From the NCBI GenBank assembly GCA_964570315.1, contig CAZMXX010000002.1, positions 1-38,505 of the forward strand: 38,505 bases of DNA. The letters run 5' to 3'. The DNA is from an uncultured Anaerolineaceae bacterium (GTDB lineage: Bacteria > Chloroflexota > Anaerolineae > 4572-78). The notes under the pieces were generated by a model. That model saw only the letters and a program-made list of their open reading frames with translations. It did not search any database and was not told the origin of the DNA. Made by a program: the position numbers and the translations under genes. Below, in pieces: positions 34,853 through 38,505 of the stretch; within the stretch, counting starts at the first letter, position 1; each line of letters starts with the position of its first letter.

Positions 34853-35716
34853 ATGGAACCTGTAAAAATTGCAGTGATTGGCGGCAGCGGGCTGTATAAA
34901 ATGGACGGGCTGACCGACATCGAGGAAGTCGCCGTGGCGACCCCCTTCGGCGACCCGTCCGATGCGGTGATTGTCGGCACGCTGGGCGAGCAGCGGGTGG
35001 CATTTCTGCCCCGACACGGGCGCGGGCATCGTCTTTCGCCCACCGAAGTGCCGTACAAAGCGAATATTTACGCGCTCAAAAGTTTGGGCGTCAAATACAT
35101 CATCAGCGTGAGTGCGTGCGGCAGCCTGCGCGAAGATTTCGCGCCGGGGCACATCGTCGTTCCCGACCAGATTGTCGACCGCACCCGCAACCGCGACCTC
35201 TCTTTTTACGGCGAAGGGCTGGTGGTGCATATCAGCTTCGCCGAGCCGTTCAGCCCGGAACTGTCGCAAATTGTGTACGATGCGGTTGCCGCCGTGGATG
35301 AGCGTCCCGTGCATATGGGCGGCTCGTTTGTGGTGATTGAGGGTCCCCGTTTCAGCAGCAAAGCCGAAAGCAGGATTTTCCGCCACTGGAAATGTGACAT
35401 CATCGGCATGACCGCCGTGCCGGAAGCGCAGCTCGCCCGCGAGGCGGAAATTGCCTATGCCACTATGGCGCACGTCACCGATTATGATGTGTGGCACGAA
35501 AGTGAAGAGCCGGTGACGGTGGATATGGTCATCAAAACCTTGTTGGGCAATGTTGCCACCGCGCAGCATGCCATCAAAAAGATTGTGCCCCAATTAGCAG
35601 GCGAGCCTGAAATGACGGCACATCACGCGATGGCAGATGCCATCATCACCAGCAGAGATGCCATTTCCGACGCCGCGAAAGAAAAATTCGGCTTGCTGGT
35701 TGGGAAATATTTATAG
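34853..35716 (+). CDS. mtnP: S-methyl-5'-thioadenosine phosphorylase
   Basis: IAVIGGSGLY, FLPRHGRGHR, ANIYALKSLGV and ISVSACGSL motifs. Confidence 0.9.
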   Translation: MEPVKIAVIGGSGLYKMDGLTDIEEVAVATPFGDPSDAVIVGTLGEQRVAFLPRHGRGHRLSPTEVPYKANIYALKSLGVKYIISVSACGSLREDFAPGHIVVPDQIVDRTRNRDLSFYGEGLVVHISFAEPFSPELSQIVYDAVAAVDERPVHMGGSFVVIEGPRFSSKAESRIFRHWKCDIIGMTAVPEAQLAREAEIAYATMAHVTDYDVWHESEEPVTVDMVIKTLLGNVATAQHAIKKIVPQLAGEPEMTAHHAMADAIITSRDAISDAAKEKFGLLVGKYL

Positions 35717-35720
35717 CTGC

Positions 35721-35804
35721 CGGTTATCGGTTTTCAGTGTTCGGTGGGCAGTTTTTTAGATGTGACTGAAAACCAAAAGCTGACAACCGACCACTAAAAA
35801 CCAC
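35721..35804. repeat. Heptamer-phased intergenic tract (12 x 7 nt) containing a 10-nt inverted repeat
   Basis: Reads CGGTTAT CGGTTTT CAGTGTT CGGTGGG CAGTTTT and so on, ending 1 nt before ATG 35806. The inverted repeat is GGTTTTCAGT (35729-35738) and ACTGAAAACC (35765-35774). Confidence 0.45.
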
Positions 35805-35805
35805 T

Positions 35806-37068
35806 ATGCTTCTACCTTTCCTTTTCACCGCCATTGGATTCATCCAGCTTGCTTTGCAGGACGGATTTCGCTGGGAATATGGCGCGGCGCTGACCGTCTG
35901 GACGGTATGTTTCGCCACGGCGGATATGCTGCTGCACCGCCGATTGCCCCGCGCGAATCCCCACCTGCTCCCCCTGACTGCGTTGCTGGTGGGGTGGGGG
36001 TTGGTGCTGATTGCCCGGCTCGCCCCGAATTTTCTGCTCCGGCAGAGCGTGTGGCTGGCGCTCAGCACCGGCGTGCTGTTGGCGGTGACGCTTGTGCCGC
36101 GCGGCTTGGGCTGGCTGCGGCGGTACAAATATTCGTGGCTGGTGGCGGGGTTGATATTGCTGGCGGCGACGCTGGTCTTCGGCGTGAATCCGAGCGGCGC
36201 GGGCGCGCGATTGTGGCTCGGTGGGGGCGGGGTCTATTTTCAGCCCTCCGAGCCGCTCAAAATTCTGCTGGTGGTCTTTCTGGCGGTCTATCTCAGCGAC
36301 CGCCGTCGCCAGATGATTGATTTGCCCGCAAAAATCGGCAACCTGCCCCTGCCGCACCCCGCATATTTCGGTCCCATGCTGCTGATGTGGGGCTTTTCCA
36401 TCCTGCTTCTTTTTTGGCAACGGGACTTGGGCGCGGCGCTGCTCTTCTTCATCACTTTTTTGTTGATGCTGTATGCCGCCATCGGGCAAAAGCGATATTT
36501 GCTGCTGGGGGGCGGATTGCTGCTGGTGGTGGGCGCGCTCGGCACGCGCATGTTCGATTATGTGGCGTTGCGGGTGCAGGCGTGGTGGAATCCGTGGCTC
36601 GACCCGGCGGGGCGTTCTTTCCAGATTGTGCAATCGCTGTTGGCGTTTGCCAGCGGCGGGTTTTTCGGGCAGGGATTGGGGCAGGGGTTGCCCACTGCCA
36701 TCCCCGTGGTGCATACCGATTTTGTTTTCGCCGCCATCGGGGAGGAATATGGACTCCTCGGCGCGCTGGGGGTGCTCATTGCGCTGGGGCTGATGGTCTA
36801 TCTCGCATTTCAAATTGCGCTGGCGTGCAGAACGCACTTTCAGCAGTTGCTGGCGGTGGGTTTGGGGGCGATGCTCGGCGGGCAAACGTTGCTCATCACC
36901 GCGGGCACGCTGAAACTCATCCCGCTCACCGGCGTGACCCTCCCCTTTGTCAGCTATGGCGGCAGCTCCCTGCTCACCGGCTTTGTGATGGTGGGGTTGT
37001 TGTTGAGCCTTTCAGCCGTCAGTTATCAGCCATCAGCATTCGGCAATGGGCTAACCGCTGAACGCTGA
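35806..37068 (+). CDS. SEDS-family peptidoglycan polymerase (FtsW/RodA/SpoVE)
   Basis: About 10 TM segments. Shows YFQPSEPLKI and PVVHTDFVFAAIGEEYGLLG (catalytic Asp region), and PLTGVTLPFVSYGGSS. Confidence 0.85.
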   Translation: MLLPFLFTAIGFIQLALQDGFRWEYGAALTVWTVCFATADMLLHRRLPRANPHLLPLTALLVGWGLVLIARLAPNFLLRQSVWLALSTGVLLAVTLVPRGLGWLRRYKYSWLVAGLILLAATLVFGVNPSGAGARLWLGGGGVYFQPSEPLKILLVVFLAVYLSDRRRQMIDLPAKIGNLPLPHPAYFGPMLLMWGFSILLLFWQRDLGAALLFFITFLLMLYAAIGQKRYLLLGGGLLLVVGALGTRMFDYVALRVQAWWNPWLDPAGRSFQIVQSLLAFASGGFFGQGLGQGLPTAIPVVHTDFVFAAIGEEYGLLGALGVLIALGLMVYLAFQIALACRTHFQQLLAVGLGAMLGGQTLLITAGTLKLIPLTGVTLPFVSYGGSSLLTGFVMVGLLLSLSAVSYQPSAFGNGLTAER

Positions 37069-37075
37069 CGGCTAT
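37014..37075. repeat. Heptamer-phased tract and 9-nt inverted repeat spanning the SEDS gene stop codon
   Basis: Inverted repeat AGCCGTCAG (37014-37022) and CTGACGGCT (37065-37073). Heptamers CAGTTAT CAGCCAT CAGCATT CGGCAAT begin at 37020. Confidence 0.45.
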
Positions 37076-37083
37076 TACAAAAT

Positions 37084-38178
37084 ATGAACCGAACCATTCG
37101 TAACCTTCAAACTGCATTCATCATCGTTTTCGCACTGGTTGCCGCCGGGTTGCTCTACTGGCAACTTTTTCGGGCGGATGACCTCCTCGCGCGTGAAGAC
37201 AATCCGCGCCGGGTGATTGCCGAACAGCGCATCAAACGGGGAAAAATTTTCACCGCCGACGGCGTCGCGCTGGCGGAAACCATCACCGGGGCGGATGGAC
37301 TTTCGGTGCGCCGCTATCCCTATCCCAATTTGGCAACCGTGACGGGCTATTACAGCGTGCGCTACGGCACGGGCGGTTTGGAAGCGGCATTCGATGACCG
37401 CTTGCGCGGCAACACGGTGCAAACCCGGCTTGAAACGCTGATGCACCATCCCACGGTGGGGCAGAGCATCACCGTCACCATCAACCTGCCCGCGCAGGTC
37501 GCTGCCGATACCGGGTTGGCGGCGTTGAATGCGACCGGCGCGGTGGTGGCGCTGAACGCTCGCACCGGCGCGATGACCGTTATGGCGAGCCGCCCCACCT
37601 TCGACCCCAACCGCTTGGATGAAGATTGGGACTCGCTGGCGGATGACCCTTCTGCGCCGTTGTTGAATCGGGTGACGCAGGGACTTTTCCCGTTGGGGGA
37701 TTTGGCGTTGCTGGTGACGGCGGCGGCTGAGGCGACGGGGCAATCGTTGCCGCAGATGGCGCGTCAATTGTATTTTGACCGTGATGTGCCCTTTGCGCTG
37801 CCCACTGTGGCGGGCGTTTTGCCGTCCGACCTGCCCGAAAAACGGGGGGAGATTGCGGTGACACCGTTGCACGTGGTGTGGGTGATGGCGGCGCTCGCCG
37901 GAGACGGCTCGGTGGTGCCGCCGAAACTGGTCTCTGCTGCCGGACCGTCGGTGGCGCCGGTGCGGTTGCTGGCGGCGGATGCGGCGGCAGCACTGCGGAC
38001 GCAATTCGCCGATGTGTCGGCGATGGCGCTCCCCGACGTGACCGGCGCGGAGCCGTTGAGTTGGTACGCGGGCATCCGCGGTGACGTGGTGGTTGTGGTC
38101 GTGGTTTCCGCGCCCGCTGCAAACGCGGACGCCGCGCGAAATATCGGGCTGGGGGTATTTCAATCGCTGGGGAAATGA
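37084..38178 (+). CDS. Class-B PBP (PbpA)-like protein with degenerate transpeptidase motifs
   Basis: N-terminal TM plus a conserved pedestal region (RRYPYPNLATVTGYYSVRYGTGGLE; GAVVALNARTGAMTVMASRPTFDPNRL). The SxxK position reads GDLAL and the KTG position reads VTG. Only 364 aa. Confidence 0.75.
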   Translation: MNRTIRNLQTAFIIVFALVAAGLLYWQLFRADDLLAREDNPRRVIAEQRIKRGKIFTADGVALAETITGADGLSVRRYPYPNLATVTGYYSVRYGTGGLEAAFDDRLRGNTVQTRLETLMHHPTVGQSITVTINLPAQVAADTGLAALNATGAVVALNARTGAMTVMASRPTFDPNRLDEDWDSLADDPSAPLLNRVTQGLFPLGDLALLVTAAAEATGQSLPQMARQLYFDRDVPFALPTVAGVLPSDLPEKRGEIAVTPLHVVWVMAALAGDGSVVPPKLVSAAGPSVAPVRLLAADAAAALRTQFADVSAMALPDVTGAEPLSWYAGIRGDVVVVVVVSAPAANADAARNIGLGVFQSLGK

Positions 38179-38181
38179 AAA

Positions 38182-38409
38182 TTATGCGGCAACGTCAAAG
38201 ATTTTTTCGGCGGGGCGGGGCAAATTGATGGCAACAAAATAATCGGCGGGATATAAATAATCTTCCCCTGATTCGTCAATAATGCGCAATAAATTCAACG
38301 CTGCGGCTTGCGGGTCGTCAATTATGCGATAGATTTTTCGGGGTTCCAGCGATGACGGATAATCGTCATTGCGGATACAGATAACAAATTGTTTTTTTTC
38401 AGGCATCAT
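38182..38409 (-). CDS. Small hypothetical protein (75 aa)
   Basis: Clean ORF with non-repetitive composition (IDESGEDYLYPADYF). It is convergent with the PBP-like gene, 3 nt apart. No family was recognised. Confidence 0.5.
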   Translation of the reverse strand: MMPEKKQFVICIRNDDYPSSLEPRKIYRIIDDPQAAALNLLRIIDESGEDYLYPADYFVAINLPRPAEKIFDVAA

Positions 38410-38472
38410 TCATTATTGTACCGCCCAAATATAAATTTTACAACTTGGAACTTGATTCAACAGGAGCATTCA

Positions 38473-38505
38473 ATGACCCGAAATCTTCCCATTTCATTTG
38501 AGGAT
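38473..38505 (+). CDS. Possible 5' end of a CDS running off the right edge
   Basis: ATG 38473 lies 6 nt after CAGGAG. Only 11 codons are visible (MTRNLPISFED). Confidence 0.2.
   Translation, partial: MTRNLPISFED

Noticed and set aside
35812-38163. Antisense ORFs opposite the SEDS (357 aa) and PBP-like (362 aa) genes
   Set aside because: They give extremely Arg/Gln/His/Pro-rich translations. The sense strand has clear TM periodicity and conserved SEDS and PBP pedestal motifs.
1-38505. Scan for mobile elements, prophage or defence-island content, tRNA or rRNA genes and CRISPR
   Set aside because: No transposase, integrase, nuclease/helicase defence gene, terminal inverted repeats of IS size, cloverleaf-capable intergenic segment or spaced repeat array was recognisable. 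The window looks like core chromosome.

Overview
GC-rich (high-50s % by eye, not computed), densely coding chromosomal window with about 38 protein genes. I found no rRNA or tRNA genes, CRISPR array, transposase or integrase. Content is mostly housekeeping. Left to right: a CoA-transferase and acyl-CoA ligase pair; an orphan ChlI/BchI-like AAA+ ATPase; fabH-fabF; truD; an RsbW/STAS partner-switching pair; acpP; mobA; an MBL hydrolase; a canonical T-box leader followed by an alaX-like gene, a membrane helix-hairpin-helix (HhH) gene and ileS; a Yip1-like membrane protein; a CelD-like GNAT, MshA-like GT4 and methyltransferase-Nudix fusion operon; nusA-ylxR-infB-rbfA-truB-ribF; a TPR membrane protein plus a PEP-utilizing (rifampicin-phosphotransferase-like layout) enzyme; a histidine kinase and OmpR-type regulator; then fhaA-like, fhaB-like, DUF1499-like, mtnX-like, mtnP, an FtsW/RodA-type (SEDS) polymerase and a class-B PBP-like gene. 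The FhaA/FhaB cluster, the T-box and the repeat types suggest a Terrabacteria, possibly Chloroflexota-like, genome; this is inference only. The most interesting signals are: (1) a T-box whose specifier loop and discriminator-pairing base fit tRNA-Ile but which sits in front of an AlaX-type editing homolog, with ileS two genes downstream; (2) a SEDS partner PBP that has lost all three transpeptidase motifs, inside a rearranged actinobacterial-type FHA cell-wall cluster with no kinase or phosphatase in the window; (3) a tightly coupled GNAT, MshA-like GT and MT-Nudix operon of unknown product; (4) heptamer-phased repeat tracts that abut start codons of several genes. No obvious defence or mobile island is present. 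All calls rest on by-eye motif recognition and need profile searches to confirm.
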